Made by a program: the position numbers and the translations under genes. A stretch of DNA of 64,000 nucleotides from Tubiluchus corallicola (lineage: Eukaryota > Animalia > Priapulida), in the NCBI GenBank assembly GCA_030141605.1, contig JAQGDQ010000058.1, forward strand, positions 710,809 through 774,808, in the 5' to 3' direction. Each line of letters begins with the position of its first letter. The first letter of the stretch is position 1. The notes beneath the pieces are model-generated. The model did not search any database. It had not been told where the DNA came from and saw nothing but the letters and a program-made list of their open reading frames with translations. This document shows, piece by piece, positions 26,959 to 40,800 of this stretch.

Positions 26959-29164
26959 GCTATCAGTCAGACTGAAACTTTTTCTTGCGGCTGCGGATGT
27001 TGCTTTTATATATCTACAGAAAAATGGGCCACTTAATTTTTTAATTATGCATTGTTAATGCACTGACTATAACTACCTAATCGGCAATGTAGCGCTATAC
27101 TGGCACCTAACGACAAAATTTAAACTACATTGTGAATTTACCTATAGGCCTACACAGTGGAAACAACCTACAAGCAAACTGAGTTGCACATTATTACATC
27201 TGATCACTATACATTAGTACTTGTTGTTCTATTTAATTAGTACTTGCTACATTTAGTCCACAAGACCAATCGCAGTAACATTATGCTGTGCTGCAACAAC
27301 GATGAGACAGTGGCTATGTTATCATTAATTGCAGATCGATGAAAAATGACATTATACAAAAAGAAAGATCTACCATCTAGACGATTATAGAGTCTAGACT
27401 ATCATACAATTTGAAGTTTTAAGAATCACTTGTGTAACAAGCAATCACTTTTTTGGATATTTTATATGCAGTTTTTGAATAAGTGGCTACTACGAATGTG
27501 AGTTATTACAAAATGTATAGCTTATCTCATTGAGACATCACATTCCAACACATAAGGACGTTGCAAATGGAGGACAATTACTGGTCAGTGATAACTTGGA
27601 AAGCAGGCCAGTATCGGTCTTAATTTCTCAAAAGGGCCAGAGATTAAAACAAAGCAAGTCAAAACCAAAATCAGAAAGCAAAGTCAGAGAAACGGATAAA
27701 CCAGTAGACTCATACTATCATTAGCATGAGCATATGCCACAGCTGCTGTTAATTAATACTAGTTGCACATGGCAAAAACATCTAAGTGCAACAAACTGTC
27801 TGAAGAATCCAACTCAACAAGATTTGCCTGCACACGGATGGCAACTTTTGTATAAAGAAATTAATCTGTGTCGACAAATTATAAAACTGCATTTACTGAG
27901 CAGGTGGACAAGCAAAAATGTGTATCTCACAAGTTGCAGACAGCTTTTGCTTCGTGTGCGCCAGTGTTACCATTTAAATGCACTGAGTATGGAATGCCTT
28001 TTTTTTAATGTGTCTTACTATCTAGTAACACCCACAGAAGCGAAGTGACGCTGTTGTAAGCTTAAGTAGGAAGCTTAAGTTGATAATCTGGGATAAGCCC
28101 TGTGCTTAAATCTTAAAAACAGTTAAAAAGCTTAACCTTAAAAATTTTCTGTGATAATCAGTATTATTTAATTAAGATGCTATCACATGGAAAACATAAT
28201 CAGTGGTCATGTGATCTTAGCGGTTTTTACTTCCTAAAAAACAATTTGCCCGATTAATTTGCCCATTTAGGGTCCAGGTCATTCCAAGAATGCTATCTTA
28301 TTCCTCAGAAACAATGACAAGAAAATTCTGAAAAAAGGATTTTGCACCGCATTCTCCCATGTTTCAACTTTTTAGATAAGCAATCAAACAGAAAACATTA
28401 AAGACAAGACAATCAAAATGACAAGCATCTTTAAAATTTAACGTCCAAACTGGTGCACTGCTGTCCTCGGGGTCGTAGAGAGCCATTGCCAGCCCCGGGG
28501 CAGCAAGCATTAAGGACCCCACTTCAACTGGCAAAACACTACATAAAACTGAACTAAATACAGAAATGAAACAAACACACGATTCCATCAATTCCCCATT
28601 ATTTCCAATGCCTCCATCAATCAAAAAGGTGCTACTGATATGGGAAAAGCTAGAGAAACGACAAAAAATGAGTAATCCACGTAAACAACTTTATAAAGAA
28701 AAAACATTAGCAGCTCTAGCTATATAAAACCCTGATAGCATATAAAACCCTGATATTTACAGCATTAATAATAATAAAAACAAGAACAATTAAAGCAATT
28801 TAATGATAACAGTAACTGCAGTAGCTATAGAAATACTAGCAGTAGCACTAACAAGAACAGCAGCATTCACTATGATTTGCATTGGCATCATATTAACAAC
28901 ACAAGTCAATAACAATAACTAAGCGTGCAGCAAAATAACTAATGGAAGCAAGCAGTGCCACACAATGCAGTTCCTACCACCATAGTCATCACCAGTCACC
29001 GTCGGTGTAATAAACATATATATAATCTTTATTTGTCTTATAACAATTACAGTTGCGTATGACATTCATCAGTTCATAAAAACACTGTAAAAATACAAAT
29101 GTGTTGACTGAATTAATTGGCACAACTGTCTTCATTTCCTTCAGCACCAAGAGCAAACAATAAC

Positions 29165-29660
29165 ATCAATAACCCCTCTCTCCCATAACAAAAAGTAATT
29201 CAACAACTCGTTTCAAAATTAAAGGAAGGCAGGATGATTTTTCATATACTACCCCACTCTCACATCCGATAAAAAGTATATTTTTTCTGGTAATTAAATA
29301 ATAGATTAAAAACTCAATTAATGGTGTGTGTTGCACTAAAACTAGGCAAGTTTTAAGATAAAAATTCAAATTTACTGCTGTGCTCACTCATGAGCAGTGA
29401 AACGTGTGCAGTTCACCACAACATGTCTGAACTGAGATGTACAGCACCCGTTTTTGTGCAACGAGTTTCCAAAAAGCAGGCGCCAGTGCCCGTCTAACTA
29501 GCAAATGGCGAAGTGCACGTAACAGCTAGGAACTAGTGGCACGAATGCGAAATTGTGTTTGTGTGGTAATAATTCTTTCACGTAAGTCATTTTTGAAAAA
29601 ATAGTGTTTACTTTCAACATTTTAAAGAGTAGATTGTTTTGACCAACAGTTTAAGATTAA
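29165..29660. repeat. Second diverged copy of the 1-660 repeat
   Basis: Same colinear blocks in the same orientation. Confidence 0.8.
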
Positions 29661-30094
29661 TAAAAAAAAATAATTAAGATTTACTACCAAACGCAAGTTG
29701 TCATTAAATAGTGAAAAAGTTGACGCAACAAATCTGCCGTAATTTCGCAAATTGTTGAGGAGAGACCGTCAGTAACCTTGTTATGGTTAGGTCTCTTAGA
29801 CTTCGCAAGCAAGTATGAATAATCAGATAAATTAACATTTTTATCTTGGACAATGCATAATTCTCTTTCTGTGATACTATTTAAAATTGTGTGCCATTTT
29901 TCCAAAATAAGAGTGATTATCCCGGTTTATCACCGTTTCCCACTTAAGCTCATAACAACGCCACTGAGGACGTAACTTGGTACCACAATTATAGCGTTAC
30001 TCCATTTGGTAATACAAACGTTGATTTTACATACAACTTTAACAAGAATATGGTATTATTATTTATTAAATTACTAGCAAAAATTCTAAATTAC

Positions 30095-30240
30095 CAACAA
30101 AGAAAAACAGCAAATAACTGAATGAAAAGAGAAAACACTGACACTGAGGGACTAACACACATATGAACGCACCGCGCAGTCGCGCCCCACTGCCGTCGCG
30201 GACGGAGACGTTGGACAGCGGAAACGAACTATTTCCCTAG
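30095..30240 (-). promoter_or_regulatory. Candidate CpG-rich promoter / non-coding first exon of PCBP
   Basis: Local CpG/GC patch at 30165-30230 in AT-rich surroundings; candidate minus-strand donor TTG|GTAATT at ~30095; the ATG exon has an upstream acceptor at ~27015. Confidence 0.5.
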
Positions 30241-31833
30241 CTAGCAATATATGGGACTATTTTCTACACTTTCAGGAACTCGTATTAATTCGCATAGTCA
30301 ATTTAAAGCAATTTATTTCCCGACATCTACCGTGCCAAGTTCCCAACACGAGCACACTAACCACAAAGACAGTTTCCATACAAAGAGTTACAAACACGTA
30401 TTTCTTGCTACATGATTTCCCCCTTATGATACATAGTTTAGCATAACAAAAACAAGATCAAAAGGGTGCTCAAAGACAGGTAAAGTATCGTAGATGGAAA
30501 GTACTAATGCTGAGTGACTGTGGCAGCAATTACGACAGAAATGCAGAAACTGTTTTTCCAGAGCCCACTTAACACTTTAGTAGCCAGTTCAGTGTTGCTT
30601 TACATTTATAACCAAGAACACACAATGAGTACTCAATCCACCATGGATCACCAACACTACTAATGTAGAATTAATACAAAAACAATCATTTTAGCAATAC
30701 TGCTAAAAACAAATAAGCAACCTCCCTTTACACAGCACGGCATAGCATGTTGCTACACCTGCATGCACAATTTTTGTTAAGCAAACTATATTACTAGCAT
30801 GCTGCATTATCATGTTCTTATTTTTTGCTGCCTTAATTTTTGATTTTTCTTTCACAGTATAATTATTTAGGTTGCAGTTTCTTATAATTTTATTCACAAA
30901 TTATTTTAGTAGTTTATTCTTCTTGCAAGTTCTTGCTTGCTATGCTTAAACAACAATAATATTTTGTCTCTTACCGCTTTTGTTTTTGACAATTATTATA
31001 ATATAACACGCAAACCAATCTGTTTCATTTGTTTATGTTATTTCAGTTTGATTTTCTCACTGTATGCTTATTTCAGCTTTACCATACATTATCATTTTTT
31101 GCTGAGTTAGTTGCTTCAGTTTATGCTTTCAGTGCTTATTTATTGTGTGTTTTTTCATTTTTGCATATTGCTTTGCTACTTAAAACTAGTTAGATTCATT
31201 TTTTGTTATCATTTCTTCATTATTATATTTTTTCAGTTTGACAGGATTTTTTATTTCATCCCAGTTTAAATCGTCGTTAGATTTTCTTGTACTGATTTTA
31301 ACTAAAAGGGGCTGATTTGCTAACCGCTAGGGTTCTTTCACCAGCATTTCTTTAACTACTAATAACTTATTTTGCTATGTACTTGATTTTTCTGTGTTAA
31401 AGTGATAAATAAACTCATCTGAATCTGATTCTTTAATCAACTAGATACAGACAATATAGCCATTTAACGTATGATCATAAAATAGTCAGCAACAGCAAAA
31501 AATAAAAATAGGATTCGATAATGCAATTAAGCAAAAAATATCACAGTGTATTATTCAAAAACCTGCACAAAGGAATTGCCATTTTTTAGATAATAGCATA
31601 TCAACAACAATACATTTTAGGAAGATAGCAATATACCGAGCACCAAATCTGGTGCAATACATACATCCAAAAACCAAATTTTTATCTAACAGAATTGTGG
31701 CATAATACAACTGACAAAATAAAAAAATTCCGAATTTCACAGAAACCCACTTTTGCATTTTAAATTAAAAATAACCATCGAGCTACCCGCGCTTATAGTG
31801 CAAGAAGGATTGTGAATTTTGAAAAATAATATA

Positions 31834-32792
31834 CATTAGGTGCCGCTTAATAGACTCAAAGGCCTAATTGACACAAAAATGCCTGGCACGGGCAGTTCCT
31901 ATTCAAATGTACATAAAAGCTGTCAGTAAATGACTCAAATAACTCCGCATAATTGGCTCAATATTTTTTCTTCAGATACTTAAAATAAGACATTTGTAAG
32001 TGCCCAAATAACCTTTCCTACCTTTATGTCATCTTTACTTATGTGCACTATAATATACGTAGAAACAATCATGTTAAGTACCATTTTCTTTGTAAGCAGG
32101 AAAGTTTATCATGCGCTAATACGCTAGCGTAGCGTATTGCTTTGCATCTAACAGAGATTTCCGCTCGTCCACTGCAGTTAGCCTTGTTACCAAAGAATTT
32201 CTGAAAGCTAAACATTTAATTACTTGTCTAGCGGTTTCCTTTTGAAGCTCTCGTTGCAAATCATGCTTTCACGCTCAACCAGTTAGCAGTCAAACATGCA
32301 GGTACATTAGTCAGCCAGTATTTCTTGCGATTTACAAGAGTGAACATCATACAGCAAGTAAGCATTACAAGGTGGAGTCAAGACGAACTTACAGAGGACG
32401 ACGAAACTAGTTGCGAGGAAACAAGGGCACCACCAACTGCAGCCCAAGCACGCCAAGCACTAAATATTTTACAAGCATACGTGCATCACACAGCAACAGA
32501 TTTTCAATGTTTTTATAATTATGAGAACATTGAGAGCCAACTTCTTTGCGAGAAAATGAAGCAGCCGACTTTGGAGAAATTTTTGTATTTTTTGCAAATA
32601 AACAAAATTGTGCGAACAAATTTAGGCATTACTTCGTTTCTAATATTCATTAAAAACCTTTGCAGTGCATACTAAACTGATGACTCATACTTCTATACCA
32701 GTAATACTACACCCATCGGTTAATAGGTTCAGTCGGTTAATTGGGTCAAAACATTTCGGTCCCAAAGTGAGTCTATTAAGCGGCGCCTACTG
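31834..32792 (+). mobile_element. Tigger-like non-autonomous element with a transposase C-terminal remnant
   Basis: TIR CA(G/T)TAGG(C/T)GCCGCTTAATAGACTCA with TA flanks; ORF 32325-32675 has an acidic patch, PPTAAQARQALNIL and a PIP-box-like QPTLEKFL. Confidence 0.8.
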
Positions 32793-33461
32793 TATTTACA
32801 TTTAAACAGCTTATTTTATCAAGCTATTATATATAATGGAATGTACCAAAGACTTCAGAGAAAAAAATAGAAAAACAGGTCTGTTACATAGAGAAAGTTG
32901 AATAAATAATAATACAATCAAACCTCATTATAACGCCCCCCCTCCCCTTTGTAATGCCAGAACTGGAATGTTTTTCGCAAAACGAAACATTCCAGTTTGC
33001 ATAAGCATGTACGTACTAATGCACCTCGTTATAATGCCAAACTTGCTTAATGCTAACTTTTTCTTGAAGTCCCAAAGTAAGCCGTATAAAGAAGTTTGAC
33101 TGTACACAGTGTGCACACAAATACAAACAAATTCCTCTTTGGAAGACACTACTTGGAATGGCACTCTACTAAGAATTGCCAGACGCTATTGCCCGACAGC
33201 AAATTTTAGTTCTCCAAAAGAATTAGTACACAATTCTTGACACTATCTTACTCCCAGTGAGAATGACTTCATTAAGCAAAGTAATGCTACTGCATCCAAA
33301 TCAAGATCACATTTAGAAGTGAATCAGCTCTTCCCCCAGAAAGAGAATAGGAGTCTGACATTGTATTATTATCATGATGTCTCGCGGTCCTCACGTGGCC
33401 TACAAGGTGTAATGGTCGACAGTCCCCTAAAATAAATGAAAATAAAATAATTTAAGATGTA

Positions 33462-34185
33462 CAGTAAGTGCTTGCTTAACGACGCTAATGCATTCCAAAA
33501 AATGCAACATTAAGCGAAACATCGTTAAATGAAACCAAAACTTCCATTGAAAGTAATGTAAAAGAACTGAGATATGTTCCAGAAGCAAAAATCGTTGCTG
33601 CCTATATCATATAAATTAAACGTTTTATGGATTTGATTCACATTCCTACTAATTAATTTCTTTATGATTGCTTGAAATCATCTATCTTTCTATAATATCT
33701 ACCAAGACTTGCTAGCGGTTCTCTTTCCTCCTGCATGAAGCGACCTTGCAGCATGAAACAATTTCATATAGTACTAACTTGGTTGTTATAGCAACAGCTA
33801 GGTTGCAGATAAAATTCCTTGGCATAAGTTTAAACTCGGGTGTGTGGAAGTGTATAAATCGGCAAATAGATCTCACTTGATACAAAGGGCTAGAACTGCT
33901 ATAATTTAGTATGTAGTCAGTCGAGAAGCAAAACCATTATAACAATTGCATTGTAAAGGTTACTACTAAGGCGTTTTTAGAAGAGAATAACACAATATGT
34001 ACCGTTTTAATGCTTCAAATTAGGTAAAAAACATTGTTGATAAAATAAAAATGGCTGTGAGCAAAGTAAAAAAAATCGTTGTTAAAATGAAACATGCGTC
34101 GTTAAGTGAGAAAAAGGTGTCAAATGTTCAGCGTCATTAAAACGAAACGTCGCTAAACAGGGAGTCATTAAGTGAGGACTCACTG
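33462..34185. mobile_element. Tc1/mariner-pogo-type MITE (older)
   Basis: Imperfect TIRs CAGTAAGTGCTTGCTTAACGAC / CAGTGAGTCCTCACTTAATGAC, TA flanks, subterminal CGTCGTTAA-like repeats. Confidence 0.7.
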
Positions 34186-34524
34186 TAATTTATAAGACAG
34201 ATATTGACCTTTCTGAAGACATGTATAAAACCGTAAACTGCAAAACTGATAAAAAACTAGTGTTTTACAAAAAATTAGTAAAACTAATTAACATCCAGTA
34301 TTTGGTAACTCCTGGAACAGTGGTGTATTCAACTGTAACTAATCAAACTACATGGAATTCACGCTTCATTCATCAAAATGGCTTCAATTTAATCACAGCA
34401 ATAAGCAAAATGTGTTTTGCGTCGCTCTTTCTCTAAAATGCAGACTGTCAAATGTCTGTCAAAAGTATGGATTTATAAAATTAATGATATACATGTACGC
34501 GTGTTCTTGCTGCTATTGTTGCTG

Positions 34525-34760
34525 TTGTTTGATGATATGATGATGATGATACAGATATCAAAGACGATGATAATGACAACAATGAAAATGATGACGTTGA
34601 TAATGGTGACGATGACGATAATGATGATGATAATAATGACGGTGGTGGTGATAATAATGATTATGATGATGGTAACTCAATAATGCAGTTGACAATAGTG
34701 GTAATGATGAGTGACTTTAGTGACAATGATGATGATTCGCTCAAAACAATGATGACAATA
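34525..34760. repeat. (GAT)n-type degenerate microsatellite
   Basis: Directly visible GAT/GAC/AAT triplet run. Confidence 0.9.
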
Positions 34761-34917
34761 CTGATCAAGATACCATTGCTGTTCAATTCAATTAATTTTT
34801 ATCGTGAACATTATATAGAGCTTTTCTAGTGTGATTAATTATATGCATCTTTCGCTTGCAGAAGAAGATATTCCCTCTTGCTGGCATGAAAGGAAAATAG
34901 AAAAATACATTATTTAA

Positions 34918-34980
34918 TAAAGGTTTGAACCTAGGGCTTTCTGCTTACAAGATGGTGTTTCACAACTGGCCAATTGAGGA
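34918..34980 (-). pseudogene. tRNA-derived SINE head remnant
   Basis: Reverse complement TCCTCAATTGGCCAGTTG...CTTGTAAGCAGAAAGCCCTAGGTTCAAACCT has A- and B-box-like motifs. Confidence 0.45.
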
Positions 34981-35249
34981 TTTATTGTAGAGCAGAAGGA
35001 ATCGATTCTCTTTTCTCTTATGATCTCTTTTCATCATGCAGATTTTTATGCTCACTAATCCAAACAACTTAAGGCACAATAGTAGATACAAACTGAGATT
35101 AAAAGTTGCATTCAGCATTAAACATCAACAAACATGCATCTTAAAACTAAATAACCACAGCGTTATATCCAAACATTGCTTACTATTAACAGTTACGATT
35201 AAAAGTGACAAAACTTTCTTAATTAACGTTAAGTTCTTTAACTAGCTGA

Positions 35250-36600
35250 CTAGAGTGCATTAGCTGCTTCATTGGCTTCCTGTCGCTGCTGAGCAGGCCA
35301 CACAAATCGAAAAGCAAGGATGAGCACTGGTCGAACAACTATGTTAATTACATACAAAATATGAAGTACATAATATATAATTTTTACGTTTGATATATAC
35401 ATGCAACATTGGACTAGTTCAAAAATAAAAGCTGGACTACTTAATAGCACAAATGCTAAAGAGATGAGTGCAACACCAATGTAGTGTTTCGTACACTGAT
35501 GTGCTTTCCAACCAAGTTGCTGGTAATGATAAACAAGCACAGCATGAAAAGTGCTATAATTGGTAATACAATGCTAATTAATAAAGAGACCCATGAAGAT
35601 ACTGTCATCATGCTTTCCCATTTCCAAATGCAGACTGTCTGTAGTTTAAAATCACTAATCTGACATGCTACCACTTCCAGTGCAAGAAAAACAAAGCTGA
35701 TCACTGCAGCACCAATGATCCAGAATGCAAATATGACAAGCACTGCAATGATGTTTTCCCAGTAAAAGCTACAATCAGTTTATCACCAGCAAAAGCAACA
35801 ATCGTATAAGCAGAGATGAATGAATGAATGCTATAGCCAATATAAGCTGCAGCTTTACATGTCAAGTCGCTAAATTTCCACTGCTCATTCGGAATAGCAC
35901 TTATCCTTAGAGGTAGAAATACAGCTGAAATCAGGTCGCATACAGTCATATTTGTTACGATAATTCCTGTGTTCAGCAGCGGATTATGATTTTATGGGCC
36001 TTAGGCTTGAGCTTGAGTTTGTTTAATTTTGTGAGTTTTTGCCCACCGATTGTGATAAAAATTATATCTTCTTGATCCTTGAGTTGTGGACTAGGACTAT
36101 ATAAACTATTTCTAGGACTATTTTTATCATAGATCAACTATGTGCTGCATTAGATAAACGCATTGTAAACCCGATTTGAAATATAGTGACTGACTTTTGA
36201 AAAAAAAAACTTTTTTCTATATTTTATTTTGCCGTGCCCCTTGCTGTTTTGTCAATTTATTTTTTTTACAAAAAAAATTTTTTTTCGTTTTATTTTGCCG
36301 GGCCCCTTTTGATCCCGGGCCTTAGGCTTCAGCCTATTCAGCCTATAGGGCTATTCGCTACAGCCTGTGTTGGTGAGTTTTCTTCATGAAGATCCAAACA
36401 AGATGAACAATGATGACGCCAAGGTTTAAGCAAATGCCGGGACCAGTTACAACGATCAAAATAGTGCCACATGCTACTTCAATTCTATCCAATTCTATCC
36501 AACTATTCAATTCTATTCAATTATGTGGAAGGCTAATATCGCTGAGACTGAGGTGGTAATCTTCCAAACGTGGATAGTAGTATACACCGGTTTCACCCAT
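35250..36600 (-). pseudogene. Disrupted intronless rhodopsin-like (class A) GPCR
   Basis: Consecutive hydrophobic helices: TM1 (GPGICLNLGVII), TM2 (NMTVCDL), ECL1 WKFSDLTCK, TM3 ending AGDKL, TM4 with W, ECL2 Cys, TM7 INIVVRPVLI. Broken by frameshifts (~36400, ~35740, ~35530), an in-frame TGA (~36387) and a 390-bp insertion. Start codon is tentative. Confidence 0.75.
35974..36363. mobile_element. hAT-like non-autonomous element inserted in the GPCR pseudogene
   Basis: Perfect 8-bp target-site duplication CCTGTGTT at 35966-35973 and 36364-36371; degenerate TIRs CAGCAGCGGATTA / CTGTAGCGAATAG; repeated internal GGGCCTTAGGCTT. Confidence 0.8.
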
Positions 36601-37811
36601 ACTTGTTGCACACTTAAACTATTATGACTGTGTAAACTTCTGAAATGTCGTTCATGTAGTTGCAGCTGATTTTTGATCAAGACGTCTTGCAGCAGAGAAA
36701 AGATAGCTATCTGCATAGTTACAAACTTCACTGTGAAAGTAGAAATCAAAAACAGATGTTTTCAAAAGCCTTGTCAGCTACAACATATTCTACCACAGTA
36801 TGTAGTTAATGCAATTTTATCCGAGTACTTATACCATCTTGACTAAAAATAACTTGAGAAATCCAGGTCAATAATCTCATGAGTAAATCACAGATTTAGT
36901 AAAGTTGTCTTAGTTTTTTTTCGTTTTTGGTTTTTGCAAAATAGCCAGCAATTTCAAGATTTGCTGATTATCTTTGTTAGTTAATTTTACAAAATTACAC
37001 ATAACCTGCATAGCATAAATAATATTCGAGTTAGGATTTAAAGCCATCCATTGGCATTATATTTGAGAGATATTTGCCTTCTAAGCAGGAAGTTCCAGAT
37101 TTGGATCCTAAATTAGACAAATCTTATACCACTTTATTTTCATGTTTGTCATAAGACAAATTTCTTTTCGATGTCTAAGAAGCACCATAAAAATATGGAT
37201 TACTCATCTACATTAATCAATTAAATAATCATTTACTCCTACTCCTTGTTAACACATTCATGTATTCAAAAAAGAAACTAAACGTAACAACGAAAAATTT
37301 ATTTTTATGTGTGTCTACGCAGTCCATTCGATCAGGCCAGACTAGAAATATAGTCATATACAAACTGTGTAGTGCTTAATATACTTTGCTCATAGTTTTT
37401 TGAAGAATTTTCCCAACATCTGCAGGCTGCGCCAACCATGATAAACCAATTTACGTTTAATAATGATGATAATGACATTTAGAGACAGTATGTTCAGCTC
37501 ATGTTGCGTTTTCTAACATGGATAGAATACAAAGAAGTTAAGTAAATTCAGACGAGGAGAAAAATAAGAATCATACTATATGCGAGGCCAGACAGACGAC
37601 AGTGATTACTCAAGTTTACCAAGCTCTGCAAATCGTTTATCTTAAACCATTTTTTGAGTATTAAACGATATGATAGTATAAGAAGCATATTTGACCGGGT
37701 ATTAGGAACTGAACGAAAGAATGATAAACCAATCATAACTTTTCATATCTTCTATTGTGAATTGGAAAGTAGCTGTATGAATTCTCCTCCCCCAAAAAGT
37801 GAAAAGATCAC

Positions 37812-40800
37812 TTACATTGGAGACTTTCTGATGCGATAGTATTTCTCGACGTAACCTTCTCGTTGAAATATTTCTAAGAATTCTTCATCATGGGTAATTA
37901 TCAGCAGTTGAAAGTTCTTCTGCTGTCGTCGAATATTAACAATACTGTAGAAAGAAGAAACAATGTTTCTAAGTTTCTAAAAGTTCACTGCTTTTCCTAA
38001 ATAAGACATTTGTTATAACTACACAACCATTTAAGCCACTTTATCACTTGAACACAACTAAATGTAATGTAGAATTGAATGAGATCAAAGCATTAGTGTA
38101 AGACTAGTGCAACAAAGAAAAATTAACAATATACTGTAACCCAAGGCTTGATGTTTAAAATTCAAAGAGTGAAAATTCGCTTACTAAAAGTCCCAAGGAA
38201 AGCGACAGAAGAGTCATTTTGTAAAAGTGGTAAAATATTGTAAAATGTGTGTGTAAGATGATCTACATCATAATATATCTTATCGTATCTTATATTAAAA
38301 AACATTTCGTTTAATAATATTAAATTAAATTTAAAAGTTTATGATTAGAACTAACAGATCATGCATGACATCTATCATCTTACTTCTAGTTCATATTTGT
38401 TTATGGAGATTTTATTACTTATCGCTTTTATCTGAATTTATTACGCTTTGTTCCATCACTAATCAATGCTTGCAGCATTTTTTCCAATGACTTCAACACT
38501 TTTTATTATAATGAGTGAAGACTATTTTTGCTATCCACCCTGTTGCAACAAAAGCGTTGAAGACATTGAACCTTACAAGAGATGACACTAGGAGAGAAAA
38601 ATGATGGAGCCTGCCAGATTTTAGTTATTTATCGATTATAGCAGATGTGCTAATTATTTATAACATGAAAATATTAATAATCGGATTTGAAGTATATTAT
38701 ATTACAAGCAGCTATCAAAATTTATTGTGTAATGCTGAAAATTTTCCCTAAAATTATTCGAAACATCCATAATTGAAGTACATGACTTTCTGCGCTTCTG
38801 GGTGTTAATTTATAGTGGTGCAGTAAGTATGCAGGCATGAATAGGTGCCTTGAAATTCAAAACCTGGTAACTAATTCAATGTAATTACTCGATAAGAGCA
38901 AGTGCCAAGCTTTCTATGTTGTCCCGGTCCAGGTTAGTCGTTGGCTCATCTAATGTCAAAATTCCACATTTCAAGCAAAATGTCTCTGCTAATGCAAGAC
39001 GGATTATCAAAGCAGCCAGAACCTGGAAAGAAGAACAGAAAAACATAAAGAAAGCAAGTGTAAAACAAGAGCTTCTCAACCTGTTGCCAAAACATATACA
39101 CATGATGTACAATAACAAGCTCCTAAGCATGCAGTTTTTAAAACTTCAAGCAAATTTTCTGCTAATAAATTGCTAAAATTTCAACTGTGACTGCCAACTT
39201 GAACCAATAACTACTAAGCATACTATTGAGCATATTCATAAAGTAAAATGGTAGATGAATTATTACTGTCGTGGTCAGTTGAAAAAGAGAGTTTATTACT
39301 TAGTTAATATAAGTTTTCATTTAGCAGAACTCCAAAAGGTGTCATGTTTAGTAGATTTAAGTAATTCTTATACAGTTTTATTCCAAGTAGGACACTCTGC
39401 AACACCTAAGTTGAACTTTAAGTCACTGTAAACAACTTTCAAATCTGCTGTCAGTATTAAGATTATACAAACATAATTTAAAACAAAAAATGAAATAGTT
39501 ACACAATTTGTGTGACTACCTTTTGACCAGCACTGCATCGACCTCGCATGTCTAGAGCGATTCCCCTTTTATACATGACTACTCTGTAGTTATAAGTGCG
39601 GCGAGTTTTATCAATTCCTGTTTCCTCATCATCTGAATTTGACTTGATTTCTATGTATTCTATATCTGCAGTACAAAAATTCAAGCTAAACTAACCTTCT
39701 AACTGACATGTTACAATTCAGCAGAATTATAATCAAACAATGCTTACACATAATAGTTTAAATTAAGCGCAAGTTATAATTAACTAGAAGTTGTGCTAGT
39801 GTGGTGGTTTAAACGTAGTTTTTAAAAGTCGTTGTGTTACATAAAGTATTATAAGCTTCAAATGGAACCACATTCCAAAAACAAGCTGCACTATGAAGAG
39901 TTAATGTAGACAGTGTCAGAAGGCTCTTTTCTGGCCATGCATCAAAAGTTATTCTATCGTTCTATCGTGATTTTTAAGCAATTTTCCACAAAATATAGGT
40001 AAACAAAATGGGATTAATAAGAAAAATAGTTTATACCTTTTCCTCTATAAGTTTTCATCCAAAGCATCTTAATTACCCGGTTAATTTCATCCATTTTCTC
40101 TTTGTGGTAATGATTAATGGCTCTGTAAGAATATACTATGAAACCTAGTAAGTGCAGCTTAAAAGCCACATCATCAAAGAATTGTAATGTCACCAGATTC
40201 TCTTTAACCCTAATATGGCTATTTAGTTTAAGCATATCTATTGTGGACTGCAATATATGAAAATATGACTATTTCTTCATATCCACTTAAGGAAAGTGTT
40301 TGTGAAGGCTCTTTTCTCTAACTAGTCAGGTTGAATAATGTTATGAAAGTGTTCAGAGCAGTATGAGCTATAAACATCCGATAAATGATTAGGAAATACA
40401 CTTCTGCTACAACACATCACAAATAGTTACAACCAATAACAACAATTTTCATCAATGCACCAAAGCAGAATAGGCTGCAAGAGCAAAAAAATGAGGGAAG
40501 TGCCTGTCTGAGAAATGTCTTACTAGAAAATGCTAAATACTGCTGAGTTTACCAAAACAAAATGAACTCCATTTTCAGTGGCATATAGGTTAAAGTTTTG
40601 TTCCTAGCGATTTAAAATTAAACACCCAGTGTAACTAAACAGACGTAAAGTGAATAAAATCCAAACCTTACTTCTAGATAGCAAACATTCATATTTAAAA
40701 TTGAATACCAGTGATGTGAGCTTTACCAGGTGAAAGATTACTTAACTACGTCGTGAGTTAAGCAATGAAGTTTTATGTATATTGCAAAATTCTCTACATT

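Noticed and set aside
34417-34683. Met-rich 88-aa ORF
   Set aside because: Translation of a (GAT)n microsatellite.
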